Of a stretch of DNA of 64,000 bases, positions 10,590-21,013 are shown piece by piece. Position 1 is the first letter of the stretch. Each line of letters starts with the position of its first letter. Location of the stretch: positions 992,001 through 1,056,000 of the forward strand of contig CAWDOD010000002.1 of the NCBI GenBank assembly GCA_963803805.1, written 5' to 3'. Made by a program: the position numbers and the translations under genes. The notes under the pieces are model-generated. The model did not search any database. It was not told the origin of the DNA and saw nothing but the letters and a program-made list of their open reading frames with translations. Origin of the DNA: an uncultured cyanobacterium. GTDB lineage: Bacteria; Cyanobacteriota; Cyanobacteriia; Cyanobacteriales; CAWCAG01.

Positions 10590-10664
10590 TTATAAGAACT
10601 CACCAACGGCTTGTAAAACCTCTACATAAAGCTCTTCGTTTACCCAAAAGCCTGCTTCCTTTGA
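10590..10664 (-). pseudogene. C-terminal remnant of a DUF3368-like (PIN-type toxin) gene
   Basis: Manual translation gives SKEAGFWVNEELYVEVLQAVGEFL*, matching the GF..s..ly..vL...GE tail of DUF3368. There is no start codon. Confidence 0.55.
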
Positions 10665-10829
10665 TTATCTAATTTTAAGATTCCATATTTTAATTGTATT
10701 GTCTTGACTTCCACTAATTAAAGTTTTGCCATCAGGACTAAATACTAAAGACTTAATATAATTTGCATGACCGTACAAGGTTTTCACAACATTTCCGACA
10801 TTCAAATCCCAACTCTTGATTAAGGAATT
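10665..10829 (-). pseudogene. C-terminal remnant of a WD40-repeat gene
   Basis: Manual translation gives IKSWDLNVGNVVKTLYGHANYIKSLVFSPDGKTLISGSQDNTIKIWNLKIR*, a canonical WD40 repeat without a start. Confidence 0.85.
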
Positions 10830-10965
10830 AGCCGCTCGCTTTTAGACAAGTTTTTTCTCGGTTCTTCTTTATTATTTTAGGTGGTAAAGTATTAACAATC
10901 TCTCCAAGTCAAGATCCAAACTCAACATCTAGAGCAATATTCTACCAACCATCTGAAAGGTAATT

Positions 10966-11917
10966 ATGGGAAGTTACAAGCGGATCAAAAAGCCTAGTTT
11001 TCAACCATCTAAAGTTTCACAAAATCCCAATCTACAACAAAAGCGTGAGCTATAGCCACCACAGCAACAACCAAAGGGGCAAACCCTAGAAGAGATGGAC
11101 ATTGCCAGGAAAAATGCTGAACGTCTGGGCGACCATATGTTTGATTTTTCTTCAACCCCTTCTCCAGGAGTCCAAGCGAAATTAAATGTAGGGGAAGTTG
11201 GGGATAAGTATGAACAAGAAGCGGATTCTGTCGCTGGTCAAGTAGTAGAAGAGATTAACTCTCCCCAAGGACAAGTTGAGCCAAATGTCATGCGCCAATG
11301 TTATGCTTGTGAGGGAGAAAAGGAGGAATCTTCAACTTCTTTGCAGCGTCAAGGAGACGAATTATCAAATCACAGTGCAAGAGCAACACAAGATGTTTTT
11401 GTTCGTCAGGGAGCTTATGCGTCTCAAGGTAGGCAAGTACAAAAGAAGCCAGCTAATAGCCAAAACCAAAACTCTAAGCAAAGCAGTGTATGGGAAGAGG
11501 CAGGAGGCGCTTTTTGGGGGGTTATCTGGTGGTTCGGTGCAACCTACATTGTCAATCCTACTGCTGAGTATATTGGCGATGTTTTAAGGATTGAGGAAAA
11601 TCAGGATAAAGCTCCTCAAAATCCTGACGTTGTATCTTAAGTCTTATGCCTATGAATGCACTCCTCAAGGCTTTGATCCAGATACCTGGAAGACTCTTAA
11701 CGACATGATTAGTTTGTTGAGAAAAGGCAACTCAAAAACAGTTATGAGAATAATAGAAGCTCTCAGCAATGTACCAACAGGGCAGGAGGGTTTACGCAAA
11801 CTTCATAGTCTTATATCATCCCTGACTGGGTGTGATAATTTCACAGGCGAGGAAGAAAATGCTCAACAGCTCAGTGAGCTGGCTACACTTTTAAGAATGA
11901 TCGGACCTTTCTTATAG
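10966..11917 (+). pseudogene. Disrupted paralogue of the 39390-40370 putative effector (DUF4157/eCIS-type N-terminal motif)
   Basis: ATG at 10966 (MGSYKRIKKP), in-frame TAG at 11053-11055 and a +1 frameshift near 11637. The joined pieces align along the whole of the 39390 protein (…MIGPF). Confidence 0.8.
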
Positions 11918-11942
11918 ATATTGTAATGTAACAACATTAAGC

Positions 11943-12917
11943 ATGAAAGACAAACTTTTAAGAGTAAAACAGAATGGTGAAGTTGGTTATATTGACACCC
12001 AAGGAAAGATAGTTATACCTTGCCAATTTGATGGGGGTTCAGGCTTTTCTGAAGGATTAGCAGCAATAAAAGTTGATGGCAAATATGGTTACATCAATAC
12101 AAAAGCAGAGTGGGTTATCCCTGTTCAGTTTGAAAGAGCAGCAAGTTTTTGTGAAGGATTAGCGTTATTTGTAGTTGATAATCAATATGGTTACCTGAAC
12201 AAGAAAGGGGACTTAGCCATACCACCACAATTTGCCTATGAAGATAATCTCTTTTCTGCTTTAGAAGATCAGAGATTTCATCAAGGAAGGGCGTTATTCA
12301 AAGTAGATGGTAAGTATGGTTACATTGACCCTAGTGGCAATCAAGTTATCCCACCACAGTTTGATGATGCTTCTCCTTTTTCTGAAGGTTTAGCTGCCGT
12401 TAGGAAAGGAGAGAAAGTTGCCTATATAGATAAAAATGGACAAATAGTTGTTCCTTACCAATTCGAGAATCCTGGGTTCATGAGTACGATTATCGAAGTC
12501 TTCGGTACAAGTTTTTTTGAAGGGCTAGCGAAGGTGATAATTGATGGTAAATCAGGCTACATAAACCCTTCAGGAGAAATAGTTATAGAACCGAAATTTA
12601 ACGAGGCTCTAGCCTTTCGTGAGGGGTTAGCAGGAGTTCAAGTTAGAGATAAATATGGGTTTATAGATAAGACAGGGAAAATAGTTATAGAACCACAATT
12701 TATCTTAGTTAACTGTTTTTCTGAAGGATTAGCCAGTATAACCACAAGCTATACAGGTAAAGGTCATGGCTATGTAGATCAAACAGGGGAGATAGTTATA
12801 CCTCCACAATTTGATTCAGCAGTAGACTTTAAAGGTGGAGTAGCATCAGTATTAGTTGATTCAAAGGAAGGATACATCAACAAAAAGGGTGAATATATTT
12901 GGGAACCAACTAACTAA
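11943..12917 (+). CDS. WG-repeat (KWG) protein
   Basis: Repeated GYID..G.IVI.PQF.....F.EGLA units. Confidence 0.92.
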   Translation: MKDKLLRVKQNGEVGYIDTQGKIVIPCQFDGGSGFSEGLAAIKVDGKYGYINTKAEWVIPVQFERAASFCEGLALFVVDNQYGYLNKKGDLAIPPQFAYEDNLFSALEDQRFHQGRALFKVDGKYGYIDPSGNQVIPPQFDDASPFSEGLAAVRKGEKVAYIDKNGQIVVPYQFENPGFMSTIIEVFGTSFFEGLAKVIIDGKSGYINPSGEIVIEPKFNEALAFREGLAGVQVRDKYGFIDKTGKIVIEPQFILVNCFSEGLASITTSYTGKGHGYVDQTGEIVIPPQFDSAVDFKGGVASVLVDSKEGYINKKGEYIWEPTN

Positions 12918-12943
12918 TGTTAAATGTTAGAAATAAAATAAAA

Positions 12944-13095
12944 AGTAGAGTGAGCAAAAAGTAAGAAAGTGGTTAGTTAAATTTGTTTGATGATATTTGC
13001 TCACCTTTACTCAGGAATTCCTCAATCAATTATGGTGGGCAAACAAGATAGATAAACTTTTGATGCTAATTTTAAACTCAACTTGCCCACCCTAC
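12944..13095. repeat. Two REP-like inverted-repeat elements (GTAGGGTGGGCA...TGCCCACCCTAC type)
   Basis: AGTAGAGTGAGCAAA...TTTGCTCACCTTTACT at 12944-13011 and GGTGGGCAA...TTGCCCACCCTAC at 13034-13095. Confidence 0.6.
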
Positions 13096-13107
13096 AAATT
13101 TGGCTAT

Positions 13108-13135
13108 TATTTAGACTGCTATGGCACTCATATCT
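13108..13135 (+). repeat. 28-bp direct repeat, copy 1 (spans the HEAT gene start codon)
   Basis: TATTTAGACTGCTATGGCACTCATATCT is identical to 13953-13980. Confidence 0.9.
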
Positions 13136-13942
13136 AAATTAATAGAACAGTGTACCTCTTGTGAACCTCAACAGCAAGCACCTGCAATTATGGAGTTAGT
13201 AGAAATTGAAGCCTACTCTGCTGTGGCGGTTTTACTAGAATTACTGCAATCAGCAGATCAGTCAATTCGCCCAACAATAGCATATGCCCTTGGGCGTTTG
13301 GGGGAACAGGAAGTTGAGTCTGTCGGACCCGCTCTGATAGGCTTACTAAAAGATCCCGAAGTTATGGTCAGGTCAGATGCTGCGGAGTCTCTTGGCTTAC
13401 TTGCTTATCAGCCAGCAAGAAAGGCGATAGAATTATTATTGCAAAATGAGCTAGAGCCATTTGTTCGTGCTGATGCGGCTGAGACACTTGGGGATTTAGG
13501 AGATACCAAAGCCATAGATTCTTTAAAACTAGCTATGGAAGATCCTGACTCGGCTGTGCGTTCCTACACAGCAAATTCTCTGGGTTTATTAGGTTCATCC
13601 GAATTAATACCACAACTCCAAGCTTACCTGGACTCAGAAGATTATTTAGAAGTAAAAGCGGAATTGTGGGGCGCTCAATATAGGTTAGGGCGAGAAAAAG
13701 CCCTGGAAGAATTTTTGCAAGTTTTAAGGGATACTGACGAGGATTTAGCAACAAATATGTTGAATGTTTTAGATGATTTATTATCTCGTAATTTACCTCC
13801 AACAATTACTAGGGATGCAGAACATATTGATAATATTTTGAGTTTAGTTCAAAATCGTTTTTCATTGTTGTCTCCTCATGTTCAGAAGCTCAGGAATAAA
13901 TTGATTGATATACAAAGAGACAATGCTATAGCAGAGACTTAG
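13121..13942 (+). CDS. HEAT-repeat (PBS lyase-like) protein
   Basis: Repeated D....VR..AA..LG.LG units. Confidence 0.9.
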   Translation: MALISKLIEQCTSCEPQQQAPAIMELVEIEAYSAVAVLLELLQSADQSIRPTIAYALGRLGEQEVESVGPALIGLLKDPEVMVRSDAAESLGLLAYQPARKAIELLLQNELEPFVRADAAETLGDLGDTKAIDSLKLAMEDPDSAVRSYTANSLGLLGSSELIPQLQAYLDSEDYLEVKAELWGAQYRLGREKALEEFLQVLRDTDEDLATNMLNVLDDLLSRNLPPTITRDAEHIDNILSLVQNRFSLLSPHVQKLRNKLIDIQRDNAIAET

Positions 13943-13952
13943 AGAGTACAAA

Positions 13953-13980
13953 TATTTAGACTGCTATGGCACTCATATCT
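13953..13980 (+). repeat. 28-bp direct repeat, copy 2
   Basis: Identical to 13108-13135. Confidence 0.9.
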
Positions 13981-14006
13981 CCCTGGGACGATTCAGAAAG
14001 TATGGA

Positions 14007-14228
14007 TTGTTTGCCAGCCCTATCTTTACCAACTCTAGAATGGACACAACCCTTTATCCCTCTATTAGGTTGGCCTCAAGAATTATTAGAACAACCGTAG
14101 TTATAGCTGCTACAGCTATCATCATAGGAGTTGGTGTCACACTTCCTGCTTGGGGCTTAGGCGCACTGACCGCAATTGCCGCTTATCTAGGAATAACTTT
14201 GATTGACAATAGGCGAAACGCTCATTAA
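14007..14228 (+). pseudogene. Orphan hydrophobic C-terminal fragment (possible toxin tip remnant)
   Basis: No good start codon. Two hydrophobic helices (TTVVIAATAIIIGVGV; WGLGALTAIAAYLGITLI). Confidence 0.35.
14025..14085 (+). repeat. 61-bp direct repeat, copy 1
   Basis: Identical to 15628-15688. Confidence 0.9.
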
Positions 14229-14239
14229 ATCGATCTGAA

Positions 14240-14615
14240 GTGGAGAGCTTTGAAAAAATTTCAATTGTTTTAAAGGAATTGATGAGCAAACAAATCCAAA
14301 TAAAAATTCAACAAGCTATCACTGAAGGTAACTCTAAAAAACTCAGGGAATGCTTTTACACCCTCAGAAACTTAATGTCAGCAGGAACTGATTTTAGTTC
14401 AGAAGACCTGGATTTTTTAGCTAGCCTGGTTGAACAGCAAAAATTTCTTGACTTAGGAGGAGGATGGTATTTTGTCATGCTTTCCCAAGTTAATGGAAAA
14501 GACTTGTCCTTCAAGAAATCGAAGAAAATTAAATCTGTAATTTCTACTGCCTATGATGCCTTGAACGAAACTCCTCCAGAAATATTTTCCGAAGCTATTG
14601 AGCAAGCCATAGACC
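14240..14615 (+). pseudogene. Hypothetical helical protein truncated by IS982
   Basis: ORF 14240-14662 reads into the IS terminal repeat at 14616, so its last ~15 codons are IS-derived. Confidence 0.5.
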
Positions 14616-15627
14616 ACGTGAGTTCGATGAAGTTAAAAAACAGCAGAAGGAAGTTCAGCTAGGCCTTTGGGGTCAAGGTCAAGGGAAGGCTTTTTGGGCA
14701 AGAAAGTATAAGCGATTAGACCAGCTAAGAGATTAACCAAAAAATTCCAAACGCTACGGTGTCTTGAATGCTGAATCTGACAGATATTCTTGAGCTGGTC
14801 ATTAACAGTCTCAATCAGAGAACGCTTACGTAGGAGAATCTTATCCTGAAGACGCATTAACTTCGGCTTCATATTTTTCTTGCGGTGTGTAATCAGTTGT
14901 AGTCTTTGTTCATAGAGTTTCTCAAACAAATCCTGAGAAATATAACCTCGGTCGCCAAATAACTTACCAATCAAGCCATCAGCCATATCTGGCACAGGGT
15001 TACGGTCATCAGTATTACCCTCTGTAAGTTTGAAAGCAAGCAGCTCACCTTTGTCATTAATAATTAGATGTAGCTTGAAGCCATAATGCCATCCCATAGC
15101 ATTTTTGCCCCAACCTACCAAACCTTCAAAAACACGGTGGCTTTTGGAGCGATTCGGGTGGCAGACCTCAATGGGGGTAGAATCAATAAAGCTGATGCCG
15201 GTAATTTCTCCTCGAAGAGTATGTAGAAAACAGCAAAGAAGCATTAAGCTCCACGGCATTAGCTCTACGAATCGAGTGTAACTGACCAAGTTGGGAAAAG
15301 CTTTCTTCCAGTAAGGCAAGACTTGTAGAGTGTAAAATTCTTTAAAAGTGCGAAATCCCGAACCATGAAAGGCAATGACAATGGTCATCACTTCGCTTAG
15401 GCTTAGGCGGGAGCGACATAGACGCTCTCCACAAGTTGCTGTTAACATTGGCTGTTGTTGCCAATGCCTCTCAAACCTTTGATAAAAGTCATCTACCTGA
15501 CAGAATATTTGGGTGATATCGAGACGAGATACAATATTGGACATAGCATCAGATTCTGATTAAGATTCATTTTCAGCATACCTCTGATGCTTTTCTTTTC
15601 TCTCTTTTTCCTCCGTCGAACTCACGT
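14616..15627 (-). mobile_element. IS982-family insertion sequence (1012 bp)
   Basis: Terminal IRs ACGTGAGTTCGATGAAG and ACGTGAGTTCGACGGAG enclose one DDE transposase. No target-site duplication is visible. Confidence 0.9.
14633..15544 (-). CDS. IS982-family DDE transposase
   Basis: SFIDST, YGFKLHL, FGDRGYIS, RKRSLIETVNDQLK, HSRHRS. Confidence 0.95.
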   Translation of the reverse strand: MSNIVSRLDITQIFCQVDDFYQRFERHWQQQPMLTATCGERLCRSRLSLSEVMTIVIAFHGSGFRTFKEFYTLQVLPYWKKAFPNLVSYTRFVELMPWSLMLLCCFLHTLRGEITGISFIDSTPIEVCHPNRSKSHRVFEGLVGWGKNAMGWHYGFKLHLIINDKGELLAFKLTEGNTDDRNPVPDMADGLIGKLFGDRGYISQDLFEKLYEQRLQLITHRKKNMKPKLMRLQDKILLRKRSLIETVNDQLKNICQIQHSRHRSVWNFLVNLLAGLIAYTFLPKKPSLDLDPKGLAELPSAVF

Positions 15628-15688
15628 TTTACCAACTCTAGAATGGACACAACCCTTTATCCCTCTATTAGGTTGGCCTCAAGAATTA
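15628..15688 (+). repeat. 61-bp direct repeat, copy 2, abutting the IS end
   Basis: Identical to 14025-14085 and starts at the first base after the IR. Confidence 0.9.
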
Positions 15689-15755
15689 AAAGAATAGAAA
15701 AAAGCTTTGGTAACTCACCTTATCCTGGTGACAATAACATTTTTTTATAAAATGA

Positions 15756-17384
15756 CTAAGAACTTTTAACCACAAATTCCAAAGCTTGCCCATAAGTACT
15801 ACCAAACTTAATCTGTACCCCAGAATTCAAAGCTACTTCTTGATGATGAATTCTTTGCCAACCTTGGGGTGTAGACAAAAAAGTTCCATAGCGGGAAAAA
15901 TCCCTGAGAAAATAATTCTTTTCCAAATCTTGCCCAGCAAAAATTTCTCGACAGATGATTTGGGCATGATTTTGGGAAACCCATTTTTCTTGAATTACTA
16001 AATCATTTTCCCGACGACGACCTACTCGCATCAATCCACCACGAATATTCCAAACTTTACTAGTATTATCTACAGCACGAATTGAGGCGACTAGTTTGGG
16101 TTGGGAAGATGACTTACTAGAGGCAGGCATCACAGGAAGTTCGGTAATACCTTCGTCCACAGCTTTAATCAGCTTGCCATCAAACTCCGGGTGCATATAG
16201 AGAATGGGTAAAGTCCAGGCAGGTTGATTAAACTTATAAAGAGTCAATAGCTGCTGTCTCGCCACTGCTACTGCTTGATCAATAGCCATTCTTTCACAGA
16301 GGGCTTCTGTGAGGACCTGTATAAAACTCAGGGCTTCGTCATCGGCAATAGGATCTCTCATACCTAAAACAGCCGGAACACCATGGTGAATCAATACCTC
16401 TGCTAAGCTACTACGCTTGATGGCTAATTTACCAATACGATCTGGTTGAGCGCCCCAACAAGCATTGAAAACGGCTAAAGTGACCTTATTCCTTACCAAT
16501 ACTTGGGCCAATTCTGTGCCGTTAATGGTGGCATCAGAGCGGAGAAAAAGTAGTCCCCCATCTGGGGCAGGAACACAATGTCCTGCATAAATTAAAACAT
16601 TATATTTTTCTGTTTCCAAGGCTTCAATTAAAGTAGCTGGGGTGGGCTGAATCAAAGAATCAACACAAGCAGGTACAGGATAAACAAATTTGTTTGAATC
16701 CGGCTGAAATTGATTTTCTTGTTCAATCACCTTAGCTAAGGTTGCTGCTTCTTGCTCTAGTTTGAGGGGATTAAATTGCTCATATTTTTGTTCGTCATGA
16801 CCTAAGACTAAAAGGATATTCAACACTTCTTGGGCTGGATATCGCCTCAGAGGATCAACATCATTGGTAGTACGACTAAACAAAAGCTGCTGGTTTAAAG
16901 AAATTGCTTGCTTACCTGCTTCTGGTTGCATAATTTCCCAAGGTAAGGAAATTAAATTAGGATCACGCAATTCTAGACGCAGACGAAGGGGCTTGTTTTG
17001 GCCAATGGCAATACCTTGGCTTTGAGCTAAGCTATTGCGTATTAGACCTTGAAACAGCCACTGCCACAAATTAATACCAAAGTCTTGCATTAATCGGCCG
17101 CCATACCCCTGGGAAGAATCTCCATTAGAAATATATAACTCCGGAGGGGCTGGCAGTGTAGAATTTTGGTCTAGCGGGTAAGGCAAATAGAGGTCTTCTT
17201 CAATAGAGAACATTTCTTGCCAAGCTAGCCATTTTTGGCTCAACTCTTGTGACCAAATACAGTCATGGTGAACATAACCCCCTGGAAAAGGAGCTTTGAG
17301 AACCCAAATAGCAAAGTTTTCTGACCCAGCCTGAGTCAGGCGAGCGATCGCTAGACTGAGGCTGGGAGTAAAGCCTGAAGACAT
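15756..17384 (-). CDS. CHAT-domain protein with C-terminal FHA domain
   Basis: LPWE, YAGH and VFNAC CHAT motifs. FHA signature VGRRRENDLVI...VSQNHA...DFSRYGT. Confidence 0.85.
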   Translation of the reverse strand: MSSGFTPSLSLAIARLTQAGSENFAIWVLKAPFPGGYVHHDCIWSQELSQKWLAWQEMFSIEEDLYLPYPLDQNSTLPAPPELYISNGDSSQGYGGRLMQDFGINLWQWLFQGLIRNSLAQSQGIAIGQNKPLRLRLELRDPNLISLPWEIMQPEAGKQAISLNQQLLFSRTTNDVDPLRRYPAQEVLNILLVLGHDEQKYEQFNPLKLEQEAATLAKVIEQENQFQPDSNKFVYPVPACVDSLIQPTPATLIEALETEKYNVLIYAGHCVPAPDGGLLFLRSDATINGTELAQVLVRNKVTLAVFNACWGAQPDRIGKLAIKRSSLAEVLIHHGVPAVLGMRDPIADDEALSFIQVLTEALCERMAIDQAVAVARQQLLTLYKFNQPAWTLPILYMHPEFDGKLIKAVDEGITELPVMPASSKSSSQPKLVASIRAVDNTSKVWNIRGGLMRVGRRRENDLVIQEKWVSQNHAQIICREIFAGQDLEKNYFLRDFSRYGTFLSTPQGWQRIHHQEVALNSGVQIKFGSTYGQALEFVVKSS

Positions 17385-17477
17385 TCCTCGCCTATATTAA
17401 GTAAAAAAGCAAGCCCATATTAATTATGAAGTATGAAGTATAAGTTTTTAAGGGACTACACCCAAATATCTATATTT

Positions 17478-19790
17478 TCACTGCGTTTCTTTAGGAGTTA
17501 TCGTAGCAGGTTTGCATTGACCTATTACTCCTTGGGCAGATAAGTTAGTTAAGCTAGTGACTTTTGCTAGTTGTGACGTTTTCACCCACCCTGTCCCTTC
17601 GGTTAATGAAGTTAGAGAGTTAGGAGATGGTGAAGGGTTAGGAGAAACTGGTTGGGAAACTTGGCAAATCTGTACTCCTGACCAAGGGGAAGATGAGGAA
17701 GAAACTGAATTGATTTGTATAATACTTCCTGAAGGAATTTCTCCAATCGCTTTAGTTTGCTCTGGGTTTTCTTGGTCTTGGGAGTAAAGAATAACTGCTT
17801 GGGAGAGTTGAAGCCGTGTTCCTACTTGCCAAGTAGATGTCTCAACCACAGGAGGAGGAGTTGCTTCTGGTGTGGGAGATACCGTAATTGTCGGAGTGGG
17901 TGTTATTTCTACTTCTCTGCTTAAAAGCCTACCTACTCTATTTTTGAAGTTGGGGTTGAAAAAATACAAAGCCATTGCCCCAACTCCAGATGCCAGAATA
18001 AACAACAGTAGTAATAAGCCGGCAAGATAGGAACGACGTGGTTGAATTTCTCTTTCTTGGGAAGTAACTGTTGGAGGAGTTTGTAAGGTGGTAGGGCTAG
18101 AAGATTGTACTTGAGTAGCTGCTCCTTGAGTATTTACTTCTTCTACCGAAGCTTTTTGGGGGACATAGGGGGCAGTAGATTTGAGGTTATTGGGGAAAGC
18201 TAAAGCTGTTTGATTAGACTCACCACTTGTTGCTTTTACTTGGCAGTAAACCAAAGCAACAGTAGCATTATCATGGCCATTTTTTTCATTGGCAATTTTG
18301 ATCAAACGCTTCGTTGAGGCGGCAACATCACCATTTTTAAGTATAGGTAGGATTTCTGTTTCCCAATACTGCTCTACTCAATCGGAATCGCTCAACCCAT
18401 CGGAACAAAGGAGAAAAATACTATCTTCATCTAAGATGACTCTTTGTACCGTAGGATGAAGGGTTTTTGAAGAACCCATACCTAAAGCTTGAACCAAAGA
18501 GCCAGAAGAAGGATTTTGTGTCGCATCCCGATAAAAAGAATAACCTAGGCGTACTTCCCTAGAAGCAACATCATCATCTATTGTGAGCTGATAACAACCT
18601 CCTGAAGTGATTAAGTAAATTCGTGAGTCTCCCACATGGGAGATGTACATTTCGTGGTAATGGGCAAAGGCAGCTACTAAGGTTGTCCCCATCCTTTGCC
18701 TTTCGTGACGCTGTTCACGATCATTAACTTCGCTAACAGTATCATTCGCCTCAGCAATAGCATTTTCCAACGAATGTACTATTTTATAAGGGTTCCAATG
18801 TTCTGGGTCAAAGGATAAATTTTCTACCCCTTCCCGCATTTTTCCAATTGCTAAAGCCGATGCCACTTCCCCCCCTTCATGGCCACCAATACCATCACAA
18901 ACAATCGCTAAAGCATCATGGTTCTGTTCCGGTATTACTAAGCGTTCAGCAGGGGGATAACAAGCATCTTCGTTGCGATCGCGGCTAGGGCCAGCATCGG
19001 TACTAGTGAAAATTTGATAACTTCTTTCCTGGGAGCGTCCGCATTTCAACCCTGCCCGGTCTAAAATGCTTACCAATTGTAGTGAATCTACTAATATTCC
19101 TTCTGTTAGTTTTGAGCAAAGTTGCTGTAAGAAATTCTCTAATATGGGGGATGCTCCAGGTAGCCAAGATTGCCATAAGTTACCCAACTCAGCTAAGGAT
19201 GGTTCTCTAGTTTTTTGCTCTAAATTTAACTGACGCAGCTTGAATACAGACCCATTCACCCTAAGTAATTCAGGAATAAGCAAGCTAGAAGCAACACCTT
19301 GATTTTTTAGGGGCAGCCACAACCTTGCCATCTGCCACAGCCAATTAATCTGTCTTAGGGCAGTTGCACCTTGCCATGCTTGTTCAATAGGGACGAAAAA
19401 ATCCCATAAAGATTGGTTAGGAAAAGTTTGTGTGGCTAAGAAACCGTACTCCAATAGCCAAATTGGTTCTTTCCCTTTGCGAGTTTGTTCTGGGAGTAAG
19501 CCATAAATTTGAGGTACATTGAAACGAAAAGGAAATAATTTCAGGTAAGGAATAACCTGACTAGGAATTTCTGTAATTGTCACAGGAGCTAGTTTTGGTT
19601 TCGTCTCTATTACCACCCCTTCTTCTTTAATCAAATAGCGGTTGGCAATTAAGGTTCCTGGTTGGTAACTTTTTATGCCTTCCCCCAAAGCATAAAGATG
19701 GAGTTTCCCAGAAGGGCTATCTTCCTTGGCACCGGACCTACTGTTTGGATTATTGGGAGAATTGAACATGGGATTACTCGATATATTCAA
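17478..19790 (-). pseudogene. Membrane-anchored PP2C-family Ser/Thr phosphatase with one in-frame TGA
   Basis: RDRNED, VCDGIGGH, MGTT and HVGDSR motifs, then LCSDGLSDSD*VEQYW...GHDNAT continues in the same frame across the TGA at 18378-18380. Confidence 0.85.
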
Positions 19791-19844
19791 CCATCACCTT
19801 TAGGGGTGCTGGGGGTGGAACTGGAATGGTGTTTATGGCAGTTC

Positions 19845-20069
19845 TCATTTTTCTATTAATTGAGGCCAAATTAACAAAAAGTAAGTCCACCAGAGCAAAA
19901 TCGGCAAAGAAATTAGTAGGGTCAACCAAATAACTTTTGCTAATAACCAACTTCCAGTTATTACTACTGTACCAGTTAATAAAATTGACCAAGGTTGACA
20001 CCACCAAGGTTTGTAATTCCAAGGACTTGGGGAGTCTTGATTAAATTTCTGGTTAATATTTTCCTTCAT
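19845..20069 (-). CDS. Small cyanobacterial membrane protein (DUF6737-like)
   Basis: [18 protein letters not shown] motif and two TM segments. Confidence 0.75.
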   Translation of the reverse strand: MKENINQKFNQDSPSPWNYKPWWCQPWSILLTGTVVITGSWLLAKVIWLTLLISLPILLWWTYFLLIWPQLIEK

Positions 20070-20406
20070 CTTCAGGACTCTCTATTCTGGGTAGCCCCAT
20101 ACTATAGTTAAGAACACGACTATTGAGGTTATAGCTAAGTTGGCCACTCTGTAAAAGAGAACGGATAAAATGTTCTAAATCAGAACCAATGCGGCGTAAG
20201 TTATATTCTGTCAAATCCTGACCCCCACAGGACTGGACTAATTCATCAAATTTACGATACACCCCCTGTAGTACTTCTTCACTCCAATCAAACTCATTAT
20301 CTGGATCAACATCTAAAGTTAGTACTCCATCACTTTCATGAAGCTCATTATCCTTAACCTCAGCAGCAAAAATTCTGATGTGACGGGTAGTGGATTTCAA
20401 CAGCAT
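20053..20406 (-). CDS. ndhM: NAD(P)H-quinone oxidoreductase subunit M
   Basis: [43 protein letters not shown]. Confidence 0.95.
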   Translation of the reverse strand: MLLKSTTRHIRIFAAEVKDNELHESDGVLTLDVDPDNEFDWSEEVLQGVYRKFDELVQSCGGQDLTEYNLRRIGSDLEHFIRSLLQSGQLSYNLNSRVLNYSMGLPRIESPEDEGKY

Positions 20407-20461
20407 AGTAACTTCCTGCTTCTTTATATTTATAAATTGTAGGTGATTATTTATGGTTAAT

Positions 20462-21013
20462 TTAGCGCGAAATCATCCCTGTTTGGCGAGCGTAGGCAAA
20501 TATTCCCCCTGCATCAATTACTGGTCCTACTTCACCCAAGGATTTGAGGGCATAAACTGCTTCTTTTAAAGAGTGATTAATAATCTGATTTTGTTCAAAA
20601 TCGATGGTGACTTCCTGACCAGTTAGAAATTCTGAGGATAATAACTTAGTAGATTCCCAAGGATATAGTTCTCCTGTAGCTGAACAGTTACGGAAGAAAA
20701 TACGGGCATAGGAGACAGCAACCACTGCTTGAACTCCCGCAGCCCCTAAAGCAATGGGAGCGTGTTCACGAGAAGAGCCACAGCCAAAGTTGTTGCCAGC
20801 GACGATGATGGGATACTCGGTTTTCATTGCTCCTGGCTCAATAAACCGAGGATAATTATCAGGTAAACCAATCAAAGCATAACTACCTAATTTGGCATAT
20901 TCATCAGGTTTGGAAGGAACCAAAGTTAAGTACTCCGCTGGGATGATTTGATCAGTGTCGATATTATCTCCTACCACAAAAATTTTGCCTCTAATTACCT
21001 TACCCATAGCCAA
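20462..21013 (-). CDS. leuD: 3-isopropylmalate dehydratase small subunit
   Basis: [28 protein letters not shown]. Confidence 0.9.
   Translation of the reverse strand: MAMGKVIRGKIFVVGDNIDTDQIIPAEYLTLVPSKPDEYAKLGSYALIGLPDNYPRFIEPGAMKTEYPIIVAGNNFGCGSSREHAPIALGAAGVQAVVAVSYARIFFRNCSATGELYPWESTKLLSSEFLTGQEVTIDFEQNQIINHSLKEAVYALKSLGEVGPVIDAGGIFAYARQTGMISR

Noticed and set aside
18378-18380. Selenocysteine recoding of the PP2C TGA
   Set aside because: The position is not a Cys site in PP2C enzymes and I see no convincing SECIS-like hairpin after it.
19774-20022. Alternative 82-aa ORF overlapping the DUF6737-like gene
   Set aside because: It is a shadow frame of the better-supported 19845-20069 gene.
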